This document shows positions 52,352-62,583 of a stretch of DNA of 64,000 bases, piece by piece. Positions within the stretch are counted from its first letter, which is position 1. Each line of letters starts with the position of its first letter. This DNA is from Methanobacteriota archaeon (GTDB lineage: Archaea > Halobacteriota > Bog-38 > Methanoflorentales > Methanoflorentaceae): assembly GCA_963720465.1 (NCBI GenBank), contig OY970393.1, forward strand, positions 1,312,001 through 1,376,000. Direction: 5' to 3'. The notes below the pieces were generated by a model, which made no database searches, was not told where the DNA came from, and saw only the letters and a list, made by a program, of their open reading frames with translations. The translations under genes were made by a program, and so were the position numbers.

Positions 52352-52861
52352 ATGGATGCATTAGAAGCTATTCTTACGCGAAGAAGTGTACGACGATACA
52401 CGAACGAGCAAATTGATGATGAGACGACGCAAAAGCTCCTTGCGGCGGCAATGAGTGCGCCTTCAGCGGCGAACGAACAGCCCTGGGAGTTCATTATCAT
52501 CAGAGACCGGGCAATGCTCGACGCTATTCCGACGTTTAGCCCGTTTGCGAGCATGGTGAAGCACGCGCCCCTTGGCATACTCGTCTGCGCTGACACGAGG
52601 AACGTCATCGCTCGGGGATTCTGGGTAGAAGACTGTTCAGCGGCGACGCAGAACCTGCTCCTTGCTGCTCACGCGCTTGGACTGGGAGCCGTATGGACCG
52701 GCGTCTATCCGATGGATGGGCACGTGGCAGGATTTATCAAGCACTGCCATCTCCCCGAAGGCGTGGTTCCGCTGGCATTTGTTGTGGTCGGCCATCCGGC
52801 CGAAGCGCCGCCCGCTCAAAACCGGTTCAGCGAGGACAGGATCCACTCAAACGTGTGGTGA
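52352..52861 (+). CDS. Nitroreductase family protein
   Basis: ILTRRSVRRY, APSAANEQPWEF, QNLLLAAHALGLGAVW. Confidence 0.93.
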   Translation: MDALEAILTRRSVRRYTNEQIDDETTQKLLAAAMSAPSAANEQPWEFIIIRDRAMLDAIPTFSPFASMVKHAPLGILVCADTRNVIARGFWVEDCSAATQNLLLAAHALGLGAVWTGVYPMDGHVAGFIKHCHLPEGVVPLAFVVVGHPAEAPPAQNRFSEDRIHSNVW

Positions 52862-53086
52862 CGTCGGTCGGCCTGAGCACACTGCTCCAAGAGGAGAGCC
52901 GGTGCTGCCACCCGGATTGTAAACCGCGCGTTTGCTAGCATTGTTCGTGCGTCAGCCTTGTCCTGAAAGCCGACGGGCGGCGCCGCACTTTCGTAGTGAA
53001 ATGCTTAAGTACAATTATATCTGAATATATATCTAAAGACATCTAGTTACCACAGCCCCTTTGCAAACTGTTCTCAACGGAGCACT

Positions 53087-53587
53087 ATGGACGAATATTT
53101 AATCAAATTGCTTGAAAACGCTGAAACGCTGTCCGATATCTTCGAGGTGGTCAAGGCGACCGTCGAGAAGTCAACGGGCATGAGCAGAGGCGGCATAATG
53201 CTCGGCTTGGCCAACCTCGGCAACCAGCCAAACGGCTTCTTCGGCGCCTTCTACCCAGTCGGCTCGAACATCATCGTCATGAACCAGGTGCCCCTTCAGC
53301 GGATCAAGGAAACCGATCCGACGCTGTGGAAGCCCTACGTGTTTCACGTGCAGCTCCACGAGTACATGCACTCGTTGGGCTACCTGAGCGAGCGCGTTGT
53401 CAGGCAGCGCGTTTATGCGATTACGAAAAACGCCTTCGGTGACGAGCACCCCGCGACCCTTCTCGCGGCAAATACTGAACGTTTCATCCCACACCTGGCG
53501 TACCCGAACGTCTCGTGGCAACCGAAAGATCTCAAAATCAAGCTCGTAGAAGATTTTGATCGATCGAGCGCCAGTTACTTCGGGTAG
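53087..53587 (+). CDS. Small zincin-like metallopeptidase
   Basis: HEYMH (HExxH) motif, GAFYPVGSNIIVMN. Confidence 0.7.
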   Translation: MDEYLIKLLENAETLSDIFEVVKATVEKSTGMSRGGIMLGLANLGNQPNGFFGAFYPVGSNIIVMNQVPLQRIKETDPTLWKPYVFHVQLHEYMHSLGYLSERVVRQRVYAITKNAFGDEHPATLLAANTERFIPHLAYPNVSWQPKDLKIKLVEDFDRSSASYFG

Positions 53588-53774
53588 TGAGTTCCGGCTG
53601 GGCCCCCTAAGCGCTTGTCACAGCGTAACGCTGAGTTTTTTTAGCTGAATCAAGCGAGAAGCCTCGAGCGCCTTACCTTACCCTATGTGCGTCTTGAGAA
53701 CCTGCGATATAGACGCGATCAGCCACTCGGCGCGCATCTTAACCTATATCGTTCTGAGCGAACAAGTAGCAGGT

Positions 53775-54209
53775 ATGAAAGACAATGAGACAAAGGTGCG
53801 TTTTATGGAGCTGCGGGCTCAAGGGCTCCCGCTGGCAAAAATAGCGGATGAAATTAAGGTCAGTAAACCCACCTTGATCAATTGGGACAAACAGTTCAAA
53901 GAGGAGATCGACAACCTCAGAGCGATAGAGCTTGAGGCGATGTACGACAAGTACGACCTCTCGACCCGTAAGAAGGTCGAGTTCTTTGGTGACGTTCTCA
54001 GTCGGATTCAGCGCGAACTCGAAACGCGGGACTTGTCTTCGATCTCAACAGAAAAGCTGTTTGCGATGTACGCGCACTTCTATCGAGAGGCGGAGCACGC
54101 GTTGCCTGCCATTACGTTTAGAGACGATGCTGAGGTCGAGATAGACAAAGGCCAGCGCAAATCGGTTGGTGATGCATTGGCCCAGAGTCAGAAACAAATC
54201 TCCGGATAA
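53775..54209 (+). CDS. HTH protein, terminase small subunit-like / MGE-derived
   Basis: FMELRAQGLPLAKIADEIKVSKPTLINW HTH followed by a helical domain. Confidence 0.65.
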   Translation: MKDNETKVRFMELRAQGLPLAKIADEIKVSKPTLINWDKQFKEEIDNLRAIELEAMYDKYDLSTRKKVEFFGDVLSRIQRELETRDLSSISTEKLFAMYAHFYREAEHALPAITFRDDAEVEIDKGQRKSVGDALAQSQKQISG

Positions 54210-54532
54210 GAGCGCTAGACAAAAGTTGACCGAAAGTTGACCAAAACTTTACCGTATTTTTAGTAGAGCGTTTAGCAGCTGCGCTTTTATGCCACGCGTA
54301 TTAGCAGGAGGCTACCACTTAGCATTTACAGATCGAGCTAACAAGAGGGTAAAGAACCGGAAGCGCTACGCTCTAAATTTATTCAACTAATTTTATAATA
54401 TTTTATAGATAATATTAGGTATAACTCTCTATAAAAGAATTAAACAGAGCCCGATTTGGCGTTTTCCCGGTAGTCGACTTTAAGTCATCCTCTTGGTTGA
54501 ATCATGAGTGGTTAATCACGAGTGGTGTTACC

Positions 54533-55049
54533 ATGGAACAGAATCTGACATCGAAGTCGGTTACGATCGACGAACTTGTTGCCCCCTCGCGCCGGCCCAC
54601 GGTGCTCCTCGGCCTCGAAGAAAAGCGTGTAGAACGAGTAGACAGAACGAGGAGGGACGGCACGTAAATGCCCTACAGCGACGCTGCGCGACGTCGTGCA
54701 TACGACGCGGCATACAAGCGGCGGCGACGGAACGAGGGATGGACGAAAAAAAGGATGGACACACGTCTAACCCCCGCTGAAATTGAAACGGCGCACGACC
54801 TGCGCGGTCTGTTGAAAGTAGTAGCAGAGGTACAGAACGCCGATGACTCTCGCTGCAGCTTGAGGCCAAGCTGAGGATCAAACTACGGGCCGTGGAGATC
54901 GGCCTCAGGGTGATCGAGGTTACTAATCACGAGCAGCGAATCGCCGCGCTCGAGGAGCAGTTGCAATGAACCGACACGGACCGAGAATTTACAAACTCGA
55001 AAAGCTTCATAATCAAACCGCCGATTGTGGCTCAGGTTATCACGATAAA
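54533..55049 (+). mobile_element. Relic of an integrated element: three coupled small ORFs, the middle one frameshifted
   Basis: 54533-54667 joins 54668-54969 via TAAATG (MPYSD..; shifts into EAKLRIKLRAVEIG..HEQRIAALEEQLQ), which joins 54966-55049 via ATGA (MNRHGPRIYKLE). Confidence 0.5.
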
Positions 55050-55444
55050 AACAACGTAGCGCCTGCCCCCAGCCCTATCCACCTTGAACGACCGCGTGAC
55101 CTGCACACGATCGCCAGCACCTGACTGGCAAAATCGCAGACACTATCCGCGGTGCATATTGCAAAGCTCTCGATATTATCAAAGAGCTTCACGAGTAGCC
55201 GCGGCGTGAGAGTGCCATTCACGGCAGAGCAGGATATCGCATAAGAGTCTTCGCGGCCGCTTTGTGAATAGCCTCTAGGTAAAAAATCTCTTGCTGAGAA
55301 CACTGAAACGGGGTAGTATGAGACGTTACTATCTTATTCGTGGTTCTTGCGATGGACGGGGCTCTACATGGGCCCAGCGTTGGCGCTGCTCGCAAGCATC
55401 ATGTCGGCATATCGCAGCGTTCTTCCGACAACAACGGTTTAAGC

Positions 55445-55966
55445 ATGGACGCGGCAGCCATACGAGCCATAGTCAATCCTCATAAGAAATGGCGGCTGGG
55501 TCAGCGAGGCGGGAGCAGGGCGGACTTGCGAAACGCCGAATTGCGCGAGGCCGAGTTGAGCTGGGTCGATCTTAGCGGCGCCGACCTTCGCAACGCAGAT
55601 CTTACCGCCGCCAATTTGAGCTTCAGTACCTTGTGCGATGCCAACCTGAGCGGCGCGTCTATGGAGCGGGCGACGCTATACGGGGCTAACCTGACGGGCG
55701 CCGAGCTCTCTCGAGTGACGCTCCCGCGTGCAACCGTAGAGAGGGCGCAGCTCAACCACGCGAACTTGGCGTACGCAAATCTTAGTAGCTCGAATCTCAA
55801 GGGTGCTATTCTCGTCGATGCTGATTTGCGAGGCGCCGACTTGCGCTTCTCGGTGGTCAGCGGAGCGGATCTCACCAACGCGGACCTTAGAGGGGCAAAC
55901 TTGGCACACGCCGACTTGACGTACGCCGTTCTCTCGGGGGTCAAGCTCGAAGGTGCGGCATTTTAA
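55445..55966 (+). CDS. Pentapeptide repeat protein
   Basis: Tandem A(D/N)Lxx repeats after HKKW..GGSRADL. Confidence 0.9.
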   Translation: MDAAAIRAIVNPHKKWRLGQRGGSRADLRNAELREAELSWVDLSGADLRNADLTAANLSFSTLCDANLSGASMERATLYGANLTGAELSRVTLPRATVERAQLNHANLAYANLSSSNLKGAILVDADLRGADLRFSVVSGADLTNADLRGANLAHADLTYAVLSGVKLEGAAF

Positions 55967-56064
55967 TAGAGCCGTGCGAAATCAGCTAGAGATTGGTTCA
56001 GTTGTCGTTGCGAGTGAGACGCGCGTCATCGATCCGAAGATGATTTATCCGAGAGCCTAAACAC

Positions 56065-57282
56065 ATGGAGCGTCTCCGACTGTATAACACACCTCGTATG
56101 CGCACAGAACTATCGTCCGCTTACCGTACTGTCGAGAATAGGGCTCAAGCACTCATAACGCGCGCCATCCAGTACTACACGAAAGATACGCCGCTCAACA
56201 CCTTAGTTGTGTACGCCGCTATCAAAATTATCGTTCTTTTAGGCGCGATACTGGTAAGCTTTCGGTATCAGCCTTCGGCGTTGTTTCAAAATCCCGTGTT
56301 CCTAGCAAAGTGGGACGGTGGTTGGTATCAAGGCATCGCGTACCAAGGGTATGCCGTTGGCTATCCAAATTCAGCGGCGTTCCCGCCCATGTACCCCCTT
56401 TTGATCAAAATCTTCAGCTTAAACCAACCAACGCTCATGCCCTGGGTAGAGGTGCTCATTTCGAACGCATTTTCGTTTATCGGCCTCTACTTCCTCTACA
56501 AGCTGGTCCCATTCGTCGTCAACGAGAAGTACCGGCTGAGGGTGTGCTTTGCCTACATGGTGTTCCCGGTGCTCCTGGTATGCAATCTCGTGTCATATTC
56601 ATAGCCCATCTTTCTCGCTTTTACGATCGGAGCGTATTACTACTGGAAGCGAGAGAAGTTTGGATACGCGGCGCCGCTCGCGATATTTTCCATTTTTACG
56701 CGCCAATTCGGCGCGTTTATCCTCGTCATTTTCGTTGTTGACATGCTCTACGGGTACGTTTCGCATCGCGAGCGATCGCGAGTCATCCGGGAACTTGCCG
56801 TCATCGCGGTCACCTGCGCGGGCGTCGCGATGCTCTACCTTTTCTACCTCTACCGCTTCGGCAACCCGTTCATCGTCTCGAGCGTTGAAGCCACAAACTG
56901 GAAAGCGATGCTCTCCGTTGCCAATTTTTTTAACAACGTGCGCGCGTATGGCTTCGAAGGGCCCACCTTGGTGCCGTTTAACTATGCCGTTGTGCCTATT
57001 TTCTTGATCGACACTCTCCTAGTGGTAGCGACCATCCTGGCTCTACTCAAGCGGGATCTGGCGCTCTCCGTATATTCATTCGTCTCATTGGCCACCTGCG
57101 TATCGCTGAGCTCCTGGCCCTACTCCTTTGTGCGCCTCATCGCAGCGATATTTCCGTTATACCTTTTTCTCGGCCTCATGCTCTCAGACAACTGGCACAA
57201 GAATATCGTGATCGGCGTAATTGCCATCGTTATTGCGATCCAGAACATGTTTATTTGGATCAGTGGCGCCTGGCTCTACTGA
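56065..57282 (+). pseudogene. PIG-V/Gpi18-like GT-C mannosyltransferase interrupted by an in-frame TAG
   Basis: WDGGWYQGIA..GY, AFPPMYPLL, then YS*PIFL (TAG 56602-56604); the same frame continues to WISGAWLY*. Confidence 0.85.
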
Positions 57283-57451
57283 GGAACACTAACGGGTGCG
57301 TGCACAAGAGATACTTTGCTACGTTCTCCGAGGGCGCAGTGAGTCGCTCGTCCTATCGAGCAGGGTGTGGGTTTCCTCGTCCGCGATTTGCGATCCAGCG
57401 CAAAGGTGCTATCGGACACAAACACAATATGGGTGTGTCAACGCGGGGTGA

Positions 57452-57850
57452 GTGCAGACGGCTACTGACATAGAAGATTGGGCAACAGGCGCGCGCCTGT
57501 CGCCGCTGGCCCACCTTCTGGTCATCGCAGTAAGCGCAACAATCATCCTCGCTGGCCTAAAGGCGGCAGCCGAAATTGCAGGTTCGTGTGCTTCAAGCGA
57601 GCGGCTTATCCTGCGGGCCGTCAGCAGTGCAATTCTACAATTAGTCATCCTAATGACGCTATTCGTCTTTTTCTTGATCGCGGGGCAGGCTTCTTGAGCC
57701 GCTAGGAACGCTTATTGCAGTGCCCATCACGTCGTGATTCGAGTCTTGCTGAGCAATTTTACGGAGGCGCGCTGGCTTGTAGATATTCTTGGGGGTGACG
57801 CCACCACCATCGAGTCCGATGATTCACCGCATGTCGTGTCAAAGCAGTAG
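57452..57850 (+). pseudogene. Deleted/decayed AI-2E family transporter
   Basis: IILAGLKAAAEI N-terminus and LGTLIAVPIT..RVLLSNFTEARWLVDIL C-terminus, with the middle missing. Confidence 0.65.
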
Positions 57851-57928
57851 ATGCGTTCGCTTTTGCCTGTCTCGGATAGAGAAGCCCAACCGTTGGCCTA
57901 CCTAGAAGATCTGCGACACACAATGAAC

Positions 57929-58147
57929 TCACTCAGAGACGAGCAGCGTGCTTGTGGCGTATAGTATCCCCGCTGCGATCGCAAATACCCCGACATAGGC
58001 AGCAAACGCTTGGCTTAGGGTGGCCGCGCTCAATATATTATTGGCTACGTAGATGGGAACTAGACCAGAAATTGTGGCTATCGCGGCTACAGCAAGCCCT
58101 TTACGCCCCTGTCTAACGCGGGCGCGTATATCCCTCGCTTGCGACAT
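57929..58147 (-). CDS. Small two-TM hypothetical protein
   Basis: Basic N-terminus followed by two hydrophobic helices. Confidence 0.45.
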   Translation of the reverse strand: MSQARDIRARVRQGRKGLAVAAIATISGLVPIYVANNILSAATLSQAFAAYVGVFAIAAGILYATSTLLVSE

Positions 58148-58466
58148 GGTGTATCGGTCTCCTAACCCCCGCAGAGTGTACGGCGACGAACGCTTAACCT
58201 CACCACTTTGGCTGTGCCCGGAGACTCCCGGCGGGTCACAACAGAAACCGGTAAAAAGAGCATGAATTTGGAAACAGAATTATTTGCTAAGATCCTCACG
58301 CCGTGAGTAAGAACACTTTCCAAGTAACTCCCGTTGCCAACCCAGAAGGCCCCATAACGACTATCTTTCGGGAGGTCGCACCAGTGGCTCTGAGAGCAGT
58401 CAGTCGCTTTGACAGCAAGAACTACGCTTCATCACGCCCTTTCGGAACCCAGGGACCAACAGTAAA

Positions 58467-58519
58467 ACGTGTATCAAGACGATTACAGCCAATACAAGGA
58501 CGTGTATCAAGACGATTAC
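58467..58519. repeat. 20-bp direct repeat ACGTGTATCAAGACGATTAC x2 (period 33)
   Basis: Exact copies at 58467-58486 and 58500-58519. Confidence 0.85.
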
Positions 58520-58879
58520 GAAATCGAATATCAGTAGCAATTGTATGAGCGGTAGTTTGCCAACCATGCTTCACCTCGAGCACGACGGTGCATCGCTTAG
58601 CAAGACGCCGCACCAAGAGATAAACGTTTTCCCGCCTTGGCTTCGAGTACCTGCCATTCAGCTTGAACGACTCGGAAAGACGAGAACAACGTGAGGAGGT
58701 CCTTCGAGCGCGAGATGGAGAGGAGGACTCATTGGCTAGCCAAGAGTGACGTGTGCTCAAGCGCGTTCCGGCCGTAGATAAGCCGGGTCTTTTAGGCAAA
58801 TGCTAGGATTTCCCGTTCTTTTCTGCGCGAAAACCTAAAGAGGGCGTCGATTTGTGCGAAGAGGCAGCAGTCGAGAGAG

Positions 58880-60196
58880 CTAGGATCTCGAATATCGCTG
58901 AGCGGCACCGACAAACCCGTCAAATCCGTGCCGCAGGGAATAAACGTGTATGTGCTGGTACGAAGCAAGAACGTTGTATTCGACAAAACCATCGCATCCG
59001 TGAATACCAGTCCCGCGGATCATTTTGTAAGCAAATCGGGCATCGCGGTCTGGCTCGGCTACGGAATAATGGTATTCGTGGCCGCGCAGTCGTTCCCAGC
59101 AGCCTGCAATAGCGCAGTCTTGCACAATCTCAACCTCTGAGTGCCCGAGCGCTTGTAAATTATCGGTCATCCGGACTTCAGCGGGAATGACGCCGGCGAG
59201 CTTGTGCAGAGCTCCGTCGTTCACCGCAAGTGAGCGGGACAAATATACAAGTCCGCCACCCTCTGCAACAATGGGCATGCCTTCTGCAGCTTTTACGTTT
59301 ATATCATTCAGAAGCGCCGCGTTTGCGCTGAGCTGGTGAATGTGCGCCTCGGGAAATCCCCCACCTATGTAAAGGCCGTCAACTGGCGGGAGTCGCTCAT
59401 TCAGAGGCGAGAAGTATTCAAGCTTCGCAGAATGTTCTAGCGCCTCAAGATTTGAGCGGTAGTAGAAGCAGAACGCAGCATCCAACGCAACGCCGATCGT
59501 CACGCGTGCCCGGTTGAAGGAAGCTGACACGGGGGCGGGAAGGATAAGCTCTGCTCCGGCGCCCATAATAGATGCAACGTCAAGATCGTCGCAGATCGCA
59601 GCGAGACTAGCATCTGTAACTGCCGGCTCTCGTTCACGAGGCTGGCGTGGCTGACGGCTGCGCTCCCAGACGTCCCTCCGAAGGACACCCACAAGCGGAA
59701 TCCCGATTCTCTCCAGAGCCTTTCGTATGTCTCCGATGTGCTTGTCGCTTCCAACGCGCGTCGCGACGACACCAACGATACGCACGTCATAAGGCGTGTG
59801 CGAAGCGTACTGCATAAATCCAAGAACCGTGGCAGCCACACTCTCTGAAGAGGCGCTCGCATCGACCGTAAGGATCACAGGAGCGCCAATGATGTCGGCA
59901 ATGCGCGCCGTGCTCGATGCGCCGGTGAACACCCCGGAGGCGCCCTCGATGATGACGAAATCCGCCTTCGCTTTCGCGAGATCGCACTTGACACCCGTTT
60001 CGCCCATCAGGAACGCGTCAAGGTTGTAGCACGGCCGTCCGGTCAGCCGTTCGTGAAGCTTGGCATCCACGAACCCCGGGCCTACCTTAAAGGATTGCAC
60101 CCTATATCCAGCGTTAGAGAGTCCTTTTAACAGGGCAAGAGTTATCGTGGTCTTTCCAACGCCGGTTCTTGTGCCGCCAATGACGATGCCTTTCAC
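58880..60196 (-). CDS. Cobyrinate a,c-diamide synthase family (CbiA/CobB/CfbB-like), divergent
   Basis: TGVGKTT, FKVGP, AFCFYY, FSPL, LYIGGGFPE, GHEYHYS, LASYQHIH. Confidence 0.85.
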   Translation of the reverse strand: MKGIVIGGTRTGVGKTTITLALLKGLSNAGYRVQSFKVGPGFVDAKLHERLTGRPCYNLDAFLMGETGVKCDLAKAKADFVIIEGASGVFTGASSTARIADIIGAPVILTVDASASSESVAATVLGFMQYASHTPYDVRIVGVVATRVGSDKHIGDIRKALERIGIPLVGVLRRDVWERSRQPRQPREREPAVTDASLAAICDDLDVASIMGAGAELILPAPVSASFNRARVTIGVALDAAFCFYYRSNLEALEHSAKLEYFSPLNERLPPVDGLYIGGGFPEAHIHQLSANAALLNDINVKAAEGMPIVAEGGGLVYLSRSLAVNDGALHKLAGVIPAEVRMTDNLQALGHSEVEIVQDCAIAGCWERLRGHEYHYSVAEPDRDARFAYKMIRGTGIHGCDGFVEYNVLASYQHIHVYSLRHGFDGFVGAAQRYSRS

Positions 60197-60438
60197 GACA
60201 AATGCATGCAGGTTGTGCGTTAATAGCTTTGCTCAGGGGTTCTAAGCCACAACCCGCTCGGCATCATCCGGCCTAACGCAAAGAGTAGACGATTTCAAGT
60301 TACAAGGCCAAAACTGCAAAAAAAATAGTGCGACAGAATCTCAATTATTAACGCCCGTGTGCTCGTCAGCTAACGACAGGTCTCGAACCAGAGCGTGAAT
60401 ATGAGTGCGACTCGCTCTGCTCGTTCAACATAACCGTC

Positions 60439-60654
60439 TCAATCTGCCGCACCGTGGATGCAGAAGTAGGCGCCGCCTAGGTTGTATTCCGCATAGAGGG
60501 GGCAGCTCAAGCAGTCACACCCCTTCATTTCGGGCTTCTTTTCACTCGCGCCCATTGCGCAATACGTGCCATCGGTAAGGGCGTTTTTTTGAAAGGTCGG
60601 ACAGCCGGGACAGATGCACTTCATCATCGTTTCTTGATTAAGTGGAACTTTCAC
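60439..60654 (-). CDS. DUF2769-like Cys-rich protein
   Basis: CICPGCPT..YC..GCDCLSCP..YFC. Confidence 0.8.
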   Translation of the reverse strand: MKVPLNQETMMKCICPGCPTFQKNALTDGTYCAMGASEKKPEMKGCDCLSCPLYAEYNLGGAYFCIHGAAD

Positions 60655-60817
60655 GGGATTCGCCTCCAGATCGTCAACGTGCGCAGACTATTAATGCCTT
60701 TCTTTGTGCGTTCAACTTGGCAGAGGGAGTATGCTCGCGATCGACGGTCAGCGGTTCGATTATCAATGGAACTAGCAAACGTGAAGTAAGAGCCTCGTGG
60801 AGTACTGAAGTAGTGAA

Positions 60818-61066
60818 TCACTGAGCACTTTCGATGCGTTCAACTCCTTCGATAGTAAGCGATGCGTACAGCGTGCCCTCATACGAAGCGATAAGCCCTT
60901 TTGCCTCCAAGTACTCGACGATCGTTTCGAGTGTCTCCCAATCAAACCCGTGCTTTTCGCCGATGTCATAAGAATCAATCAAGACCCCGAATCGACCCTG
61001 CGCAATGGTGTACATTTCGCGCAAGAACCGTTGCTTTTTCTCCTTCATCTCAGCTGCAAAGGTCAT
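60818..61066 (-). CDS. Winged-helix protein (paralogue of 51752-52108)
   Basis: FLREMY..GFD..IVEYLEAKGLI..LTIEGVERIE. Confidence 0.75.
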   Translation of the reverse strand: MTFAAEMKEKKQRFLREMYTIAQGRFGVLIDSYDIGEKHGFDWETLETIVEYLEAKGLIASYEGTLYASLTIEGVERIESAQ

Positions 61067-61279
61067 CGCGTAATGCTATGCAAACCTGAAGGGAAAAATG
61101 TTGCGAGAGCTGAGCGAAAATGATCGAGCGCCGCGCCCCACGCCACTATGCTCCTCTACGCGGACGTACCATAAATCTTCTGTACGCAAGACGAAAAGCG
61201 CCGGTTAAGCAGAAACAAGCAAATAAATCCCAAAAGGCGGCGTAAGCTTTTTGTAATTCCAGCGAAACTTTATCCCGAG

Positions 61280-61552
61280 ATGATAGAGAGCTGGTCTATT
61301 GATGATGCCAATCGAGCAGTCATAGCCATAGTTGTAATCCTCAAGCGTGTCGGAGCACTTCCAAAGGTGCTCAAAGACGCGTATCAGCATGAGATCGAAA
61401 ATGGTGACGTCTCAGTAACGCGACGTTTCTACGAACAACTGGCGATCAACTGTCCAGCTGCGCTTGACTACTTTACAGAAAGCGAAGCTGACGTGCGCGA
61501 AAGCGAAAATGATCGCGTTAACGGCGCCCTTCGACCGATCCCGATCGACTGA
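61280..61552 (+). CDS. Hypothetical protein
   Basis: 90-aa ORF with plausible composition filling the intergenic space. Confidence 0.45.
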   Translation: MIESWSIDDANRAVIAIVVILKRVGALPKVLKDAYQHEIENGDVSVTRRFYEQLAINCPAALDYFTESEADVRESENDRVNGALRPIPID

Positions 61553-61589
61553 TATCCACGCGCTCCGCATAGGCGGGTGCGCCTCCATC

Positions 61590-62309
61590 TTACGGGGGCT
61601 CCAAAAATCCGAAGTGCTCTATTCCTTCGATGATGCCTGCCGCGTAGTTTTCGCGCGCCCAGTACACGTCCTCAGGCAGCGCGTCAACGTTGAGCTCCGA
61701 TTTATGGTTGCCGACGACGACCGCCAAAAACCCGGCAGAGAGCAGCTCGATGTCGTTCCCGCTATCGCCTGCCGCGAGGACGCTGCCTCGACGAATTCGA
61801 AGCCTCTTTCTAACGTAGTCGACCGCTTCTCCCTTTCCCGCTCTTTTCGGAATGACGTCTAGGTCGGTCCCGCTCGAGTAGACAACCTTGTGTGCGATGC
61901 CGATTTCATCGAGCCGCTTGTGGATCTCTGGTATAACAACATCGGCTTTGCGAAAAAGATGGTAGCTCTGCTTAAACTCAAACTGGCGCGACTGTTGGAA
62001 AAGATACGGGATCGTCGCAAGCGCCTGGTGTAACTCAAGGCGGTCCCACTGACGATTGATGTGACGCGTCCACACATCATCGCGCCGGTAATCGGGCCCC
62101 TCATAGATTTCGGTGCCGACGTTACACAGCACGTAATTCGGCTCGCGCAAGCACTCGGCGACCATGATCTCAAACATTTGGATTTTATCACGGCCCGTAA
62201 CGTAAGCGATAGTGACGTCACGATGCATCGAGAACAGGGCAACTAGGTTTAAGTAGGCCGCGCGGTCACCCGTCAATGTGTTGTCGACGTCCGTAGCGAG
62301 CAGCTTCAT
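61590..62309 (-). CDS. HAD-IIB sucrose-phosphate phosphatase-like hydrolase
   Basis: ATDVDNTL, VTGR, NVGTEIY, DLDVIP..GKG, AGDSGND. Confidence 0.88.
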   Translation of the reverse strand: MKLLATDVDNTLTGDRAAYLNLVALFSMHRDVTIAYVTGRDKIQMFEIMVAECLREPNYVLCNVGTEIYEGPDYRRDDVWTRHINRQWDRLELHQALATIPYLFQQSRQFEFKQSYHLFRKADVVIPEIHKRLDEIGIAHKVVYSSGTDLDVIPKRAGKGEAVDYVRKRLRIRRGSVLAAGDSGNDIELLSAGFLAVVVGNHKSELNVDALPEDVYWARENYAAGIIEGIEHFGFLEPP

Positions 62310-62583
62310 GCTCTCTTCTCATTGCGCCCCGTCATATTTAGCATCTGTGACCAGGGGTATGCCGTCGCAGCCAGTAGTCATTCCTCGGGTCGTTCGTGCG
62401 CCACCCACACGAGGCGCCTGACAGCGGAACCGCCTCGCGGACGCAACGGAAACGGGATTATCGGGAGAGACTCAAACGCGAGTGGTATGTGAAGCACGGC
62501 GATGAGTATGACGGTGAACGCCTCGATCGATTAACGCTGTTAGGAGAAGAGCAGTATCCGGGTACATTCTAGTGCTGCTGCCG

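Noticed and set aside
56602-56604. Genome-wide amber recoding
   Set aside because: Many conserved genes here (cofC, ilvB, ilvH, tbp, hisA, ahcY) end at TAG at their expected C-termini.
58467-58519. Possible mini-CRISPR array
   Set aside because: Only two 20-bp copies, a 13-nt spacer and no cas genes.
62396-62572. 58-codon plus-strand ORF between the HAD gene and pheA
   Set aside because: Protein-like composition but no RBS or motif support.
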